Source: Bacteroidota bacterium (GTDB lineage Bacteria > Bacteroidota > Bacteroidia > 2-12-FULL-35-15). From it: a stretch of DNA of 64,000 bases. Below, piece by piece: positions 40,338 to 51,187 of the stretch; the first letter of the stretch is position 1; every line of letters begins with the position of its first letter. The translations under genes and the position numbers were made by a program. The notes under the pieces were generated by a model. The model saw only the letters and a program-made list of their open reading frames with translations. It ran no database searches and was not told the origin of the DNA. The stretch is taken from NCBI GenBank assembly GCA_016722565.1, contig JADKIU010000007.1, forward strand, positions 303,679-367,678, given 5' to 3'.

Positions 40338-41312
40338 TTACTTGATAAACAATTTACCTGATTTTTGAATTTCAGATCCACTCAATTGATAGAGATACAA
40401 TCCTGAATTTAATTGGGAAACATTAATGGTGCTCAATTGATTGTTTGAAAGCACATGTGTAGAAACCAATTTTCCGGTAATATCATAAATAGATAATGTG
40501 GATGGAGCTTTTATTCCTTTGATAAAATCAACATAAATTGTTTTATCGTATGCATACACATTCGCATTGCTTTCGTTGAAAGAATTTTCAGTAATGCTGG
40601 AAGAATTATATACAACTGCTAAATCATCCAACCACAATTTACTACCGGATGTAGATGTATTTTGGTCGTTAGAAGAAGTTGTATTAATCATAATATATGC
40701 AGGGTTACTGGTAGACACGTAATTGAATGCAACAGCGAAGCGTGTCCATGTTGTAACATTCGCAGCAGGAGTTAAAAACAATGCATCCGCAATTTTATTT
40801 ACAGACGAATCCGGATGATACGATGTAGCTGTTTCTGGGTCGTAGTAATTTCCAACATGTAAAATGGCTCTTACTTTTCCAATTTCAGCAGCACCACCTT
40901 GTGTGTATTTATACCATCCAACAATACTATCCGGACGACCAACAAACGACATACGTCTGATGTCAGAAGCATCTGTATTTTTCATGGTACCAAGATATCC
41001 ATCCGATTTGGTAGTGGTCGGAGCATTTACAATTCCGGTTGTAACTGAACCATTTACCACTGCAAAAACAAATGTTTTGGTTTCCATACGAACGGAATAT
41101 AATCCGCCATGGAATGTTGACGCATCTCTGTAACAGGTTTGAGGACCACTGGTTGCCCAATCGGTTCCAGTTCTATTTGAATTAAAGAAGGTAGGTTCTT
41201 CTGTTGCAGAACCAACATTTTCCCATAATTCAAAATCTCCGTTTTGAATGGTTGTTTGTGCAAACATTCCGGTTGCAAATGTGATTGATAGGAGTGTAAG
41301 TATTTTCTTCAT
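40338..41312 (-). CDS. T9SS cargo protein with a type-A CTD, function unknown
   Basis: Signal peptide MKKILTLLSITFATGMFAQ. The C-terminus reads LSIYDITGKLV...GLYLYQLSGSEIQKSGKLFIK. Confidence 0.7.
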   Translation of the reverse strand: MKKILTLLSITFATGMFAQTTIQNGDFELWENVGSATEEPTFFNSNRTGTDWATSGPQTCYRDASTFHGGLYSVRMETKTFVFAVVNGSVTTGIVNAPTTTKSDGYLGTMKNTDASDIRRMSFVGRPDSIVGWYKYTQGGAAEIGKVRAILHVGNYYDPETATSYHPDSSVNKIADALFLTPAANVTTWTRFAVAFNYVSTSNPAYIMINTTSSNDQNTSTSGSKLWLDDLAVVYNSSSITENSFNESNANVYAYDKTIYVDFIKGIKAPSTLSIYDITGKLVSTHVLSNNQLSTINVSQLNSGLYLYQLSGSEIQKSGKLFIK

Positions 41313-41368
41313 TGGGGGACGTTTTTAGTGTTTCTATAACAAATATACATTTTTTTCAATAACTGTAT

Positions 41369-43306
41369 TTATTCCTTTTCTACCCAGTCGCCATGCTTTT
41401 TAATGAGTTCTATCAACGCATCGACAGCTTTTTCTGAGTGTACATTTCGCTCTACAACTTCCCTTCCCTTGTATAAGGTAATTTTATCAACCCCGGTTCC
41501 AACGTAGCCATAGTCAGCATCTGCCATTTCCCCGGGACCATTCACAATACAACCCATGATTCCAATTTTCACACCTTTTAAATGATCGGTGCGACTTCGA
41601 ATTTTTGCTGTTGTTTCTTGTAAATCAAAAAGGGTGCGACCGCAAGAAGGGCAAGAAATATATTCTGTTTTAGAGATACGTGTACGTGTTGCTTGCAAAA
41701 CACCAAAAGCTGTTGCATTTACATTTTTAGGAGAAGTGCAATCCGTTTGAGAAATCCAAACACCATCACCAAATCCATCCAGAAATAAGGCTCCAAAATC
41801 TGTAGAAGCATGCAATTGAAATTCTTCTTCGGATATTTTTGAATAATTTCGTTTGATGATAACAGGGACAGTAACACCCTTGCTTAACAACTCTAAAAAC
41901 ATTCTGCGTTGTTCAGCCATTCCATGAGTATTGGATGTTTCAAAAACAAGAACACAATTGGAAGATGCGAACATTAATAGATTAGAAGAAGGAAGTAAAT
42001 CGTTTATCTTGATTGAAACAAAATTTAAAATATCCGATTTAGTCTTTGCAGAATTAAATTCACTGAAACTAAACAACGGATAACTTCTTGTTTTATCTTT
42101 TAAATTATTCCAAACACTTGCATTGTAAATCAACCCTAACGTTCCGGGAATCTGGAAATCGATTGTATTGTCTCCGGCAAAAATATAATCACAGGCCTGA
42201 TCGGTCAAATTCCATTTATCAAGTGGCACAGAGTAATTATACCCGACTGCAAATAAAGAAGCCGGAGTAATTTTTTGTTTTTCAGAGAAATCAGCAACAA
42301 CTCTTGGAACATTCGTACCACCAAGATTTCCAACTTCGACTGAACTTCTTTTTGAAAAATCGTAAGGTGAATACGGAAGTTTAATAATTTCAGGAATCGG
42401 TGAATGATTTTTTCTGTCCGAATAGCGTTCTATTAAATTTTTCGCAACAGGAATTTCAAACTCCGGATCTTCTGTTAAGGAAACACGAACCGTATCACCA
42501 ATGCCATCTTCCAGCAATGTTCCAATTCCAACAGCCGATTTAATTCTACCATCTTCTCCTTCACCCGCTTCAGTCACTCCTAAATGCAAAGGATAGTTCA
42601 TATTCAACTCTTGCATTTTGAGTATCAGTAAACGATAGGCCTGCACCATCACTTGAGGATTACTGGCTTTCATCGACAATACGATGTTGTAATAATTTTG
42701 ATCTTCACAGATGCGCAAAAACTCCAACGCACTTTCCACCATTCCCAGCGGAGTATCTCCATATCTACTTAAAATACGATCACTCAGTGAACCATGATTG
42801 GTTCCGATACGCATGGCTGTTCCGTATTCTTTACAAATTTTCACTAATGGTGTAAAGCGTGTTCGTATGCGATCTAATTCCTCAACGTAGGTTGCATCTG
42901 TATACTCAATGTTTTCAAATTTCTTTTTATCAGCATAGTTTCCGGGATTCACACGCACTTTTTCAACAATGCGAGCTGCTAATTCAGCAGCATTCGGAGT
43001 AAAATGAATATCTGCAATTAAAGGAGTCGAATAACCACGCTTCTTTAATTCCTTTTTTATTTCTTCTAAATTTTGTGCTTCTTTTAAACTCGGTGCGGTG
43101 ATGCGAACATATTCACATCCGGCATCAATCATACGAATACTTTGTTCAACTGTTGCAATGGTATTCATCGTATCAGTGGTAGTCATCGATTGAATCCGAA
43201 TCGGATGGTCGCCACCCAATGGTACATCTCCGATATTCACCACTCGTGTTTTATATCTGGAATAGTGCGTTAAACTATTGCAATAAAGTTTAGTATTCAT
43301 AAGCAT
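41369..43306 (-). CDS. ispG: 4-hydroxy-3-methylbut-2-en-1-yl diphosphate synthase, long Bacteroidota-type form
   Basis: Contains VNIGDVPLGGDHPIRIQSMT. The C-terminal 4Fe-4S region reads ISCPSCGRT...GCIVNGPGE. 645 aa, with the insertion domain. Confidence 0.9.
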   Translation of the reverse strand: MLMNTKLYCNSLTHYSRYKTRVVNIGDVPLGGDHPIRIQSMTTTDTMNTIATVEQSIRMIDAGCEYVRITAPSLKEAQNLEEIKKELKKRGYSTPLIADIHFTPNAAELAARIVEKVRVNPGNYADKKKFENIEYTDATYVEELDRIRTRFTPLVKICKEYGTAMRIGTNHGSLSDRILSRYGDTPLGMVESALEFLRICEDQNYYNIVLSMKASNPQVMVQAYRLLILKMQELNMNYPLHLGVTEAGEGEDGRIKSAVGIGTLLEDGIGDTVRVSLTEDPEFEIPVAKNLIERYSDRKNHSPIPEIIKLPYSPYDFSKRSSVEVGNLGGTNVPRVVADFSEKQKITPASLFAVGYNYSVPLDKWNLTDQACDYIFAGDNTIDFQIPGTLGLIYNASVWNNLKDKTRSYPLFSFSEFNSAKTKSDILNFVSIKINDLLPSSNLLMFASSNCVLVFETSNTHGMAEQRRMFLELLSKGVTVPVIIKRNYSKISEEEFQLHASTDFGALFLDGFGDGVWISQTDCTSPKNVNATAFGVLQATRTRISKTEYISCPSCGRTLFDLQETTAKIRSRTDHLKGVKIGIMGCIVNGPGEMADADYGYVGTGVDKITLYKGREVVERNVHSEKAVDALIELIKKHGDWVEKE

Positions 43307-43412
43307 TTGATTGAGTAATTCTGAAGGAATTCCTGCAGGACAAATTTAAGATAAATGCAGAAACTAATTCAGAATATTTGTAAATTTGATATGGATAAAA
43401 AACGGAAACAAA

Positions 43413-44735
43413 ATGAAAAAAAACTACCTCGCATTGATAGCTGTTTGCTATCTTAGCGTATTATCGTTTACTACAAAAGCGCAATGCACCGCTAACTATA
43501 CAGCCAGTAATGTTGCAAACGTGTTTTCATTTACAGATGCCTCTACCACGAGTTCAGGAACGATTGTTACATGGTTGTGGAACTTTGGAGACCTTTCTGC
43601 TCCAAGCACATTGCAAAACCCGACACATACCTATGCTGTATGTGGCGTGTATAACGTTTCATTAACCATCGCTACCAGTTTCTTTTGTACAAATACATAT
43701 TCTACAACCATCACTGTTAATAGTGGAATGACCGGCTCGTTCACATCTACAGTCGACACCACCACCGGTCTGGCTAATTTTATTGCCAGTCCGCTTGGCC
43801 TAGACATTGATTATTCTTGGGATTTCGGAGACGGAAACACAGGAACCGGTGCAACTGCAATCAATACCTATGCGACCTCCGGAACGTATTATGTTTGTTT
43901 AACAATTGCAGATACAGGAGGCATTTGCTCCAGCACGTTCTGTGATAGCGTCATTATATACATCGCAACTCCTGATTGCAGCTCTACTTTTACATATACC
44001 GATAATGGTACCGGAAACTTAACCTTTCAAGCAAACCCTGTTGTGGTTACAAATACGTATAGCTGGGATTATGGCGATGGAACAACCGGAACGCTCCCAC
44101 TTTCACTGCATACTTACGCAACTGCAGGAACGTATTATGTATGTTTAACAACCACTGACCCACTGACTTCCTGCACCAGTACTTTTTGTGATAGTGTTAT
44201 CGCTGCAGGAACAGGTGCTTGCGCTGTTTCATACACGTATTTGGATGTAAACGGAATTGTTGGATTTACTGCATCACCACTTTCGATAACCAATACGTAT
44301 ACCTGGAATTTTGGTGATGGGAATACTGGAACTGGAGCAATAACAACAAATACATATGCTACTTCCGGAACCTACTATGCATGTGTAACGATGATTGACG
44401 CATTCAATGCATGTACGGATACCTATTGTGATTCTGTTACAGTGAATATTACAGGAATTGGAATTTTTGAAAATGGAAGCAACAATTTTAATTTGGTTGT
44501 ATTTCCAAATCCGGCAGAAGAGCAAGTAACTATTTCATACGAATTGACTCAAGCATCAAAATTGAATATTGAACTGTTTGACATAATAGGAAATAAAATT
44601 TCTTCCAGTTCTTTTTCTCAAACTTTAGGAAAACATCAAACGGTTGTTGATACTTACCTGCTAAGTCAAGGTGCATATTTAATAAAACTCAGCTCCGAAA
44701 CTGGAAATGCAAGCAAATTAATCATCAAAAATTAA
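43413..44735 (+). CDS. PKD-repeat T9SS cargo protein with a type-A CTD
   Basis: Four PKD-like units with W.FGDG and paired Cys residues (TFCDSV), plus a C-terminal VFPNPAEEQVTISYEL...GAYLIKLSSETGNASKLIIKN. The ATG at 43413 is in frame with track ORF 43386. Confidence 0.75.
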   Translation: MKKNYLALIAVCYLSVLSFTTKAQCTANYTASNVANVFSFTDASTTSSGTIVTWLWNFGDLSAPSTLQNPTHTYAVCGVYNVSLTIATSFFCTNTYSTTITVNSGMTGSFTSTVDTTTGLANFIASPLGLDIDYSWDFGDGNTGTGATAINTYATSGTYYVCLTIADTGGICSSTFCDSVIIYIATPDCSSTFTYTDNGTGNLTFQANPVVVTNTYSWDYGDGTTGTLPLSLHTYATAGTYYVCLTTTDPLTSCTSTFCDSVIAAGTGACAVSYTYLDVNGIVGFTASPLSITNTYTWNFGDGNTGTGAITTNTYATSGTYYACVTMIDAFNACTDTYCDSVTVNITGIGIFENGSNNFNLVVFPNPAEEQVTISYELTQASKLNIELFDIIGNKISSSSFSQTLGKHQTVVDTYLLSQGAYLIKLSSETGNASKLIIKN

Positions 44736-44752
44736 GTTTATTCTAAGCATTG

Positions 44753-44790
44753 AAAAAAGGAGATTATTTAACCATAATCTCCTTTTTTAT
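44753..44790 (+). terminator. Rho-independent terminator
   Basis: Hairpin AAGGAGATTAT-ttaacc-ATAATCTCCTT followed by TTTTTAT. Confidence 0.7.
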
Positions 44791-44918
44791 TGATATAAAC
44801 AATTAATTTAACATTTTGAACACGTAAGTTTTTACAATTTTGATTTTATTCCAGGCGAAATGTATTGCACATTTGTATCATCAAATTAAAAAACGAAAAA
44901 CAATTAAATCTTAATACC

Positions 44919-46076
44919 ATGAAAACAATCTCTACCATTCAACAAAACATGCTCACCAAAATTTCCAAAGCAGTTCTTTTGGGAGCATTTATTTTCATTG
45001 GCTTTACATCTAAAGCACAATGTACTGCTTCATTCATGCCATTTGATTCGGCTGGATACGGCTATTTTGTAAACACATCTGTAGGATCAGGACTAACCAG
45101 CACCTGGGATTTTGGAGATGGATCAACAGGAACAAGCGTTGGGGATATTACACATTTATATACCACGCCAGGGACTTATTATGTTTGTCTTACAGTAAAC
45201 AATTTTTTAACAACCTGCACTGCTACGTTCTGTGATTCAATTACCATTTCGTCTACATCAGGAAGCTGCAATGCGTATTTTGTTTCAAACGACTCATCCA
45301 CATTCACTCAGTTTTATGATTATTCATCAGGAACTGGAACCTATACCTATTTCTGGGATTTCGGTGACGGTAGCAACTCTTCAACCGTAGGCAACGAAAC
45401 CCACGTTTATGCTAGTCCGGGTACCTACACCGTTTGTTTAACCATAACAGATACGAGTTCTTCATGTACAGACACCTATTGCAGTTCAGTTACTGTTCCG
45501 GGAGTTGCAACATGTTCCGCAAGCTTTATAATTGTACAAGATTCTTCCAACCTTTACAATTACTTTGTATACAATACATCTTCTGTATTTGGACCAGCAC
45601 TTACATACCTTTGGGATTTTGGTGATGGAACAACATCCACCGCAGCATACCCTTCACATACCTATGCATCTACATCACCTGTTGTATTGTGTTTAACAAT
45701 TGCTGACGGATTAGGTTGCACGGATACATTCTGCGATTCAATTACTCCGGGAATGATGATGTCAAGTACATTTACGATTAATGTATTGCCATTGGGTGTA
45801 GCAGAAGAACTTTCAACAATTAATTCATTGGATAATTATCCAAACCCATTCAGCAACTCCACAACCATCAATTACAGTATCCGTAAAGATGCCAATGTAT
45901 CCATCTCCATTGTAGATCTTTTGGGAAATACAGTTGCAGAATTAGAAAATGGAAATCAAGTAAGCGGAGAACATACAACAACTTGGGATGCATCAGCAGT
46001 TGCAGAAGGCATGTATTTACTTCAGTTAAAAGTTGACAACAACATTAAAACCAAAAAAATCATCGTTAGTAAATAA
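44919..46076 (+). CDS. PKD-repeat T9SS cargo protein with a type-A CTD, a tandem paralogue of the gene at 43413
   Basis: It has the same repeat architecture (WDFGDG...YYVCLT...TFCDS) and a C-terminal YPNPFSNSTTINYSI...GMYLLQLKVDNNIKTKKIIVSK. The ATG at 44919 is in frame with track ORF 44865. Confidence 0.75.
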   Translation: MKTISTIQQNMLTKISKAVLLGAFIFIGFTSKAQCTASFMPFDSAGYGYFVNTSVGSGLTSTWDFGDGSTGTSVGDITHLYTTPGTYYVCLTVNNFLTTCTATFCDSITISSTSGSCNAYFVSNDSSTFTQFYDYSSGTGTYTYFWDFGDGSNSSTVGNETHVYASPGTYTVCLTITDTSSSCTDTYCSSVTVPGVATCSASFIIVQDSSNLYNYFVYNTSSVFGPALTYLWDFGDGTTSTAAYPSHTYASTSPVVLCLTIADGLGCTDTFCDSITPGMMMSSTFTINVLPLGVAEELSTINSLDNYPNPFSNSTTINYSIRKDANVSISIVDLLGNTVAELENGNQVSGEHTTTWDASAVAEGMYLLQLKVDNNIKTKKIIVSK

Positions 46077-46095
46077 TTCATCTGTTTGTTTAGAG

Positions 46096-46130
46096 GGAAA
46101 ACCTGCCAGAATATTCGGCAGGTTTTTTTA
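46096..46130. terminator. bidirectional Rho-independent terminator
   Basis: Hairpin AAACCTGCC-agaatattc-GGCAGGTTT with a T-run, between convergent genes. Confidence 0.7.
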
Positions 46131-46976
46131 TGCTTTTTCCTTTTTTAAATATTGCTTCAACAATCCATTTCCAAAAATGGTTGCCAAAATAATTAAGGTG
46201 CCTAAATAAAAACCTGGCGTCATTGCTTCATCCTTTTTCCAAAGAATAAATGCGATGATGATTCCGTAAATGGTCTCCAAATTAACAGTGAGGGTAACGG
46301 TGTACGGACTAATTTTCTTCATTAAATTCACACTTGCAATAAAAGGGAAAGCAGTTCCCAATACTGACAAAATACCCAACCAACCCCAAGCTCCCGGAGT
46401 AATATCAAAAAACGAAGCCGTAAATTCACCCGTAAATAACAAGTAAACTGTTAGGGCAAGAAAACCTCCCGTCAATTCATAAATCGCAATAACAGGTGAC
46501 GGAATTCGTCTAACTAACAAACCATTAAATACTGTAAAAAAAGAAGAGGTAAGTGCTGCCAACATCCCGAAAATAATTCCAAGAGTGTATTGGGTTTCTA
46601 CTTGAAAAATCATTGCGATTGCACCGATAATCACCATTCCGAATGCGATTTCATAACGGATAATTTTACGTTTGTAAAAAATCGGTTCAACAATAGAAGT
46701 AAACAATGTTCCCGTTGCAAATGCAACTAACGTAACAGATACGTTTGAGACATTGATGGCATTATAAAAACAAAACCAGTGAAATGCAATGATAGCACCA
46801 ATTCCAACTAATTGATAAATATCCTTTTTGGGAAGTCGAACATCTATTTTAGCCAGAAATATATAAGAAGCAACAGTTGCCACAGTAATCAACATTCGAA
46901 ACCAAACCAATTGATAGGCAACTACACCTTCAATATTAATGAGTTTCCCCAGAATTGTACCCCCAAATGAGAACAA
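46128..46976 (-). CDS. EamA/DMT-superfamily permease
   Basis: 282 aa with about 10 transmembrane helices and the duplicated EamA-like halves. Confidence 0.6.
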   Translation of the reverse strand: MFSFGGTILGKLINIEGVVAYQLVWFRMLITVATVASYIFLAKIDVRLPKKDIYQLVGIGAIIAFHWFCFYNAINVSNVSVTLVAFATGTLFTSIVEPIFYKRKIIRYEIAFGMVIIGAIAMIFQVETQYTLGIIFGMLAALTSSFFTVFNGLLVRRIPSPVIAIYELTGGFLALTVYLLFTGEFTASFFDITPGAWGWLGILSVLGTAFPFIASVNLMKKISPYTVTLTVNLETIYGIIIAFILWKKDEAMTPGFYLGTLIILATIFGNGLLKQYLKKEKA

Positions 46977-47024
46977 TAAAATGTAAAAGAAGGAGATTTT
47001 TGTTTTTAAAAAGCACTGAATGGG

Positions 47025-48320
47025 TTATTCAAATCGTTTGGAAATTTTAGCTTCCACGTATTCACGTAAAGCTTCAATCTTAATTGTATCAACCACTTCA
47101 GAAGCAAATGCATGCATTAGTAATTTTTTTGCACTCGCCTCACTCAATCCACGAGCACGAAGATAGAAAATTTTATCCTCATCTAACTTGCCGGTAGATG
47201 TTCCATGTGAACATTTTACATCATCCGCATAAATTTCCAATTGAGGTTTGGTATTAATCGTTCCATCATCACTTAAAAGGATATTTTTGTTGGATTGAAA
47301 AGCATTTGTTTTTTGAGCGTCTTTTCTTACGTATATTTTTCCATTAAACGTAGCGGAAGATTTATCTTCAATAATACCTTTGTATAGCTCATTACTGTTG
47401 CAATTCGGTTTTCGGTGGTCTACCAATGTATGATTATCCACTACTTGATTGCCATTCGTTAAATACAACCCATTCAAATGCGATTCAATAAACTGATCAT
47501 CCAAAACCATATTCAAATTGTTTCGCACCAATAATCCACTCAAGGTAAATGTATGCGTTGAAAAATGACTTTGCTTCTTTTGAACCGACTGTGTTGTACT
47601 CACCAAATGTCCGAATTCACTTTCGTTCTGAATTTTATAATGATCTACAATAGCGTTTGCTCCAACAACAATTTCTGTTAATGCATTGTGAAATGATTTG
47701 GCTTTAGAATCAACAATTTCAAAAGATTCAACGATTGTGGCTTGCGCATTTTCTTCAACCACAATTAAATTCCGGGAATTCAAAATGGTGCTTTCAGCTA
47801 CAGAAGTAAGATGAACAATATGAATTGGGGTTTCAATTACAGCACTTTTTGCAACATGAATAAACACTCCACTTGTTGCTAAAGCAGTATTCAATGCAAT
47901 AAATGGATCTAAATTTACATCCGCATATTTTGAAAAATGCTTTTTAAATGCTTCATTAGAAACAGCATCAGAAATGCTTACTATTTCTAACCCTTTTGAC
48001 AAAGAATTAATTTTCGAAAACTCAGAATTAAACTTCCCGTTTTCGATAACAACAACAAACGCATCTTTTAAGAATTGAGTATTTTCAACCTGTTTGGCAG
48101 AAAGTTTTTGTGTGGTTGAAAATGAAAAATCTCCTTTCAAAGCCAATTCCATATTCACATACTTGTACTCTTCACTCTTACGACCAGGAATACCTTGTTT
48201 GGAAAATGACTCTAAAGCTTGTTCACGCAATTGCACATCACCAAACAATGAACCTTTTGAGGCTTCATATTCAGCAATCAATTTATCTTTTATTGTATTT
48301 GTTTTTGTAACCGTTTCCAT
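47025..48320 (-). CDS. sufD: Fe-S cluster assembly protein SufD
   Basis: 431 aa. It sits directly downstream of sufC and has the SufB/SufD-family C-terminal beta-helix region. Confidence 0.8.
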   Translation of the reverse strand: METVTKTNTIKDKLIAEYEASKGSLFGDVQLREQALESFSKQGIPGRKSEEYKYVNMELALKGDFSFSTTQKLSAKQVENTQFLKDAFVVVIENGKFNSEFSKINSLSKGLEIVSISDAVSNEAFKKHFSKYADVNLDPFIALNTALATSGVFIHVAKSAVIETPIHIVHLTSVAESTILNSRNLIVVEENAQATIVESFEIVDSKAKSFHNALTEIVVGANAIVDHYKIQNESEFGHLVSTTQSVQKKQSHFSTHTFTLSGLLVRNNLNMVLDDQFIESHLNGLYLTNGNQVVDNHTLVDHRKPNCNSNELYKGIIEDKSSATFNGKIYVRKDAQKTNAFQSNKNILLSDDGTINTKPQLEIYADDVKCSHGTSTGKLDEDKIFYLRARGLSEASAKKLLMHAFASEVVDTIKIEALREYVEAKISKRFE

Positions 48321-48404
48321 TCTGACTTTGTGCCTTCGATAATTTTATGCTTCGTTTGCGCTCAGCACACTATTTAAATTAAAAATTTGTGAATCTGTGG
48401 CTAT

Positions 48405-49157
48405 CTAAGCACCCACTTCTTCTTTAATAAAATCGTATCCTTTTTCTTCCAACTCCAATGCTAATTCTTTCGGTCCGGATTTTACAATCTTTCCCTTATA
48501 AAGAATATGCACCACATCCGGAACGATATAATCCAACAAACGTTGATAGTGAGTAATCACAATTGTTGCATTGTCTTTCGACTTCAATTTATTTACTCCA
48601 CCCGCTACAATTCTCAAAGCATCAATATCCAAACCGCTATCTGTTTCATCTAATATGGCCAACTTTGGTTCTAACATGGCCATTTGAAAAATTTCATTTC
48701 TCTTTTTCTCACCACCGCTAAAACCTTCGTTTACCGAACGGTTCGCTAGCTTTCCATCCAACTCTACCAATTTTTGTTTTTCTTTTACCATCGCTAAAAA
48801 ATCTTTTGCTTCCATTGGAGCTTGTCCTTTGTATGCGCGAATCTCATTGATAGCCGTTTTCAAAAAATTAATGTTGCTCACACCTGGAATTTCGACAGGG
48901 TATTGAAAGGCAAGAAACACACCTTCGCGAGCTCTGTCTTCCGGAGAAAGTTCTAACAAATCTTTTCCATTGAAAGTTACGGAGCCTTCTGTAATTTCAT
49001 AGTCTTCTTTTCCTGCTAACACAGATGACAAGGTACTTTTCCCGGAACCATTTGGCCCCATAATCGCGTGAATTTCTCCGGCTTTTACCTCTAAATTAAT
49101 TCCTCTCAGAATTTCTTTCCCGTCAATTGACGCATGTAAATTTTTAATGCTTAACAT
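48405..49157 (-). CDS. sufC: Fe-S cluster assembly ATPase SufC
   Basis: Walker A motif GPNGSGKSTL, an ABC signature sequence, 250 aa. Confidence 0.9.
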   Translation of the reverse strand: MLSIKNLHASIDGKEILRGINLEVKAGEIHAIMGPNGSGKSTLSSVLAGKEDYEITEGSVTFNGKDLLELSPEDRAREGVFLAFQYPVEIPGVSNINFLKTAINEIRAYKGQAPMEAKDFLAMVKEKQKLVELDGKLANRSVNEGFSGGEKKRNEIFQMAMLEPKLAILDETDSGLDIDALRIVAGGVNKLKSKDNATIVITHYQRLLDYIVPDVVHILYKGKIVKSGPKELALELEEKGYDFIKEEVGA

Positions 49158-49204
49158 ATGTTTAGTAATTCGTATTTTTCGTATAAATTAGTAATTCGTT
49201 GGGA

Positions 49205-50656
49205 TTAGCCGACAGATCCCTCAAGAGAAACGGCTAACAACTTCTGTGCTTCCACAGCAAATTCCATTGGTAATTTATTTAATACTTCCTTGCAATATCC
49301 GTTTACAATTAAACCGATTGCTTTTTCATTATCTATTCCTCGTGATTTACAATAGAACAATTGATCTTCACCAATTTTTGAAGTCGTTGCTTCGTGTTCT
49401 ACAATTCCCGATTTATCTTTTATCTCGATGTAGGGAAATGTATGGGCTCCACATTTATCACCCATCAATAAACTATCGCATTGCGAAAAATTTCTCGCAT
49501 TGGTTGCACCTTTTGCTATTCTCACCAAACCTCTGTAACTGTTATTACTAAAGCCAGCTGAAATTCCTTTTGAAATGATGGTGCTTCTGGTGTTTTTGCC
49601 AAGATGCATCATTTTTGTTCCGGTATCTGCTTGCTGATAATTGTTCGTTACTGCTACTGAATAAAATTCTCCTACCGAGTTATCTCCTTTTAAAATAACA
49701 GATGGATATTTCCAAGTAACGGCAGAACCGGTTTCTACTTGTGTCCAAGAAATTTTTGAATTGTCTTCCAAACAAATTCCTCTCTTCGTAACAAAATTGA
49801 AAATTCCACCTTTCCCATCTTTATCTCCGGGATACCAATTTTGAACCGTTGAATATTTTACTTCCGCATTTTTATGCGTTACAATTTCTACAACAGCTGC
49901 ATGCAATTGATTTTCATCACGCATTGGAGCGGTACATCCTTCGAGGTAACTTACATAGGCATCTTCATCGGCAATAATTAATGTTCTTTCAAACTGACCG
50001 GTGCCGGAAGCGTTAATTCGGAAATATGTTGAAAGTTCCATTGGACAACGAACTCCTTTAGGAATGTAGCAGAATGAACCATCTGTAAAAACAGCTGAAT
50101 TTAATGCCGCATAAAAATTGTCGGTATAAGGAACAACCGAGCCCATATATTTTTTTACCAGTTCTGGATGTTCTTGAACTGCTTCTCCGAATGAACAAAA
50201 AATAATTCCTTTTTCAGAAAGCGTTTCTTTGAATGTAGTTTTTACCGAAACACTATCCATTACAATATCTACAGCAATTCTACTTTCTACTCCACTCAAT
50301 CTTTTTTGCTCTTCAATTGAAATACCCAACTTCTCAAATGTTTTTAATAATTCAGGATCTACTTCATCCAAACTATTTAATTGCACTTTTGGTTTGGGTG
50401 CAGAGTAATAAATAATATCCTGGAAATTTGGCTTGGTGTAGGAAACGTGAGCCCAGTGAGGCTCTTCTAATGTTTGCCAATAACGAAATGCTTTCAGTCG
50501 ATACTCCAACATCCATTCCGGTTCGTTTTTCTTTTTAGAAATAAAACGAATAATGTCTTCATTCAAACCCTTGGGAGCATTGTCTGCTTCAATATCCGTA
50601 ACAAAACCGTACTTATATTCCCCGCTAATCTGCTCTTCTAATATCTCGTTTGCCAT
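49205..50656 (-). CDS. sufB: Fe-S cluster assembly protein SufB
   Basis: Contains [11 protein letters not shown]...[28 protein letters not shown] and the conserved C-terminus. I take the probable start as MANEILEE at about 50656, in frame with track ORF 49205..50743. Confidence 0.85.
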   Translation of the reverse strand: MANEILEEQISGEYKYGFVTDIEADNAPKGLNEDIIRFISKKKNEPEWMLEYRLKAFRYWQTLEEPHWAHVSYTKPNFQDIIYYSAPKPKVQLNSLDEVDPELLKTFEKLGISIEEQKRLSGVESRIAVDIVMDSVSVKTTFKETLSEKGIIFCSFGEAVQEHPELVKKYMGSVVPYTDNFYAALNSAVFTDGSFCYIPKGVRCPMELSTYFRINASGTGQFERTLIIADEDAYVSYLEGCTAPMRDENQLHAAVVEIVTHKNAEVKYSTVQNWYPGDKDGKGGIFNFVTKRGICLEDNSKISWTQVETGSAVTWKYPSVILKGDNSVGEFYSVAVTNNYQQADTGTKMMHLGKNTRSTIISKGISAGFSNNSYRGLVRIAKGATNARNFSQCDSLLMGDKCGAHTFPYIEIKDKSGIVEHEATTSKIGEDQLFYCKSRGIDNEKAIGLIVNGYCKEVLNKLPMEFAVEAQKLLAVSLEGSVG

Positions 50657-50669
50657 TTTTCTTTGAACT

Positions 50670-50996
50670 TTAAACTGAAAATGATTCCCCGCAACCGCAG
50701 GTTCTGCTTGCATTTGGATTGTTAAATACAAACCCTTTTCCATTCAACCCGCCTGTATAATCCAACTCGGTTCCAATTAGATAAAGGAAACTTTTTTTGT
50801 CGACTGCAATTTTTATCCCTTTGTCTTCAAACACTTGATCGCCTTCCTTTATTTGGTTATCAAACTCCAATTTATAGGAAAGTCCTGAACATCCACCACC
50901 GTCAACACCTACACGAATAAATGTATCATTTGGGCGATTTTCGTTTTTTATTAAGTCTAATGCGTGCTGTTTTGCATTCTCAGATACTGTTATCAT
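50670..50996 (-). CDS. sufA: A-type Fe-S cluster carrier (IscA/SufA/HesB family)
   Basis: Starts [15 protein letters not shown] and has the C-terminal CGCGESF motif. Its 3' end overlaps the probable sufB start by about 17 nt. Confidence 0.8.
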   Translation of the reverse strand: MITVSENAKQHALDLIKNENRPNDTFIRVGVDGGGCSGLSYKLEFDNQIKEGDQVFEDKGIKIAVDKKSFLYLIGTELDYTGGLNGKGFVFNNPNASRTCGCGESFSV

Positions 50997-51187
50997 TTTT
51001 ATAGTATTGATAATCAATTAGTTACTTCTTATTCTTATTTAGATTGAATCTAATCAGAGTACAAAAATACCTAATTTTAGGTACTCTAACAAGTATTTCG
51101 TCTAATTATTTAAGCGTAAATAAAGAAGCATCTCCTAATTACTTTTTCTATTTTTGGGGGATGTTTATCTCAATCTAAAATTCGACA

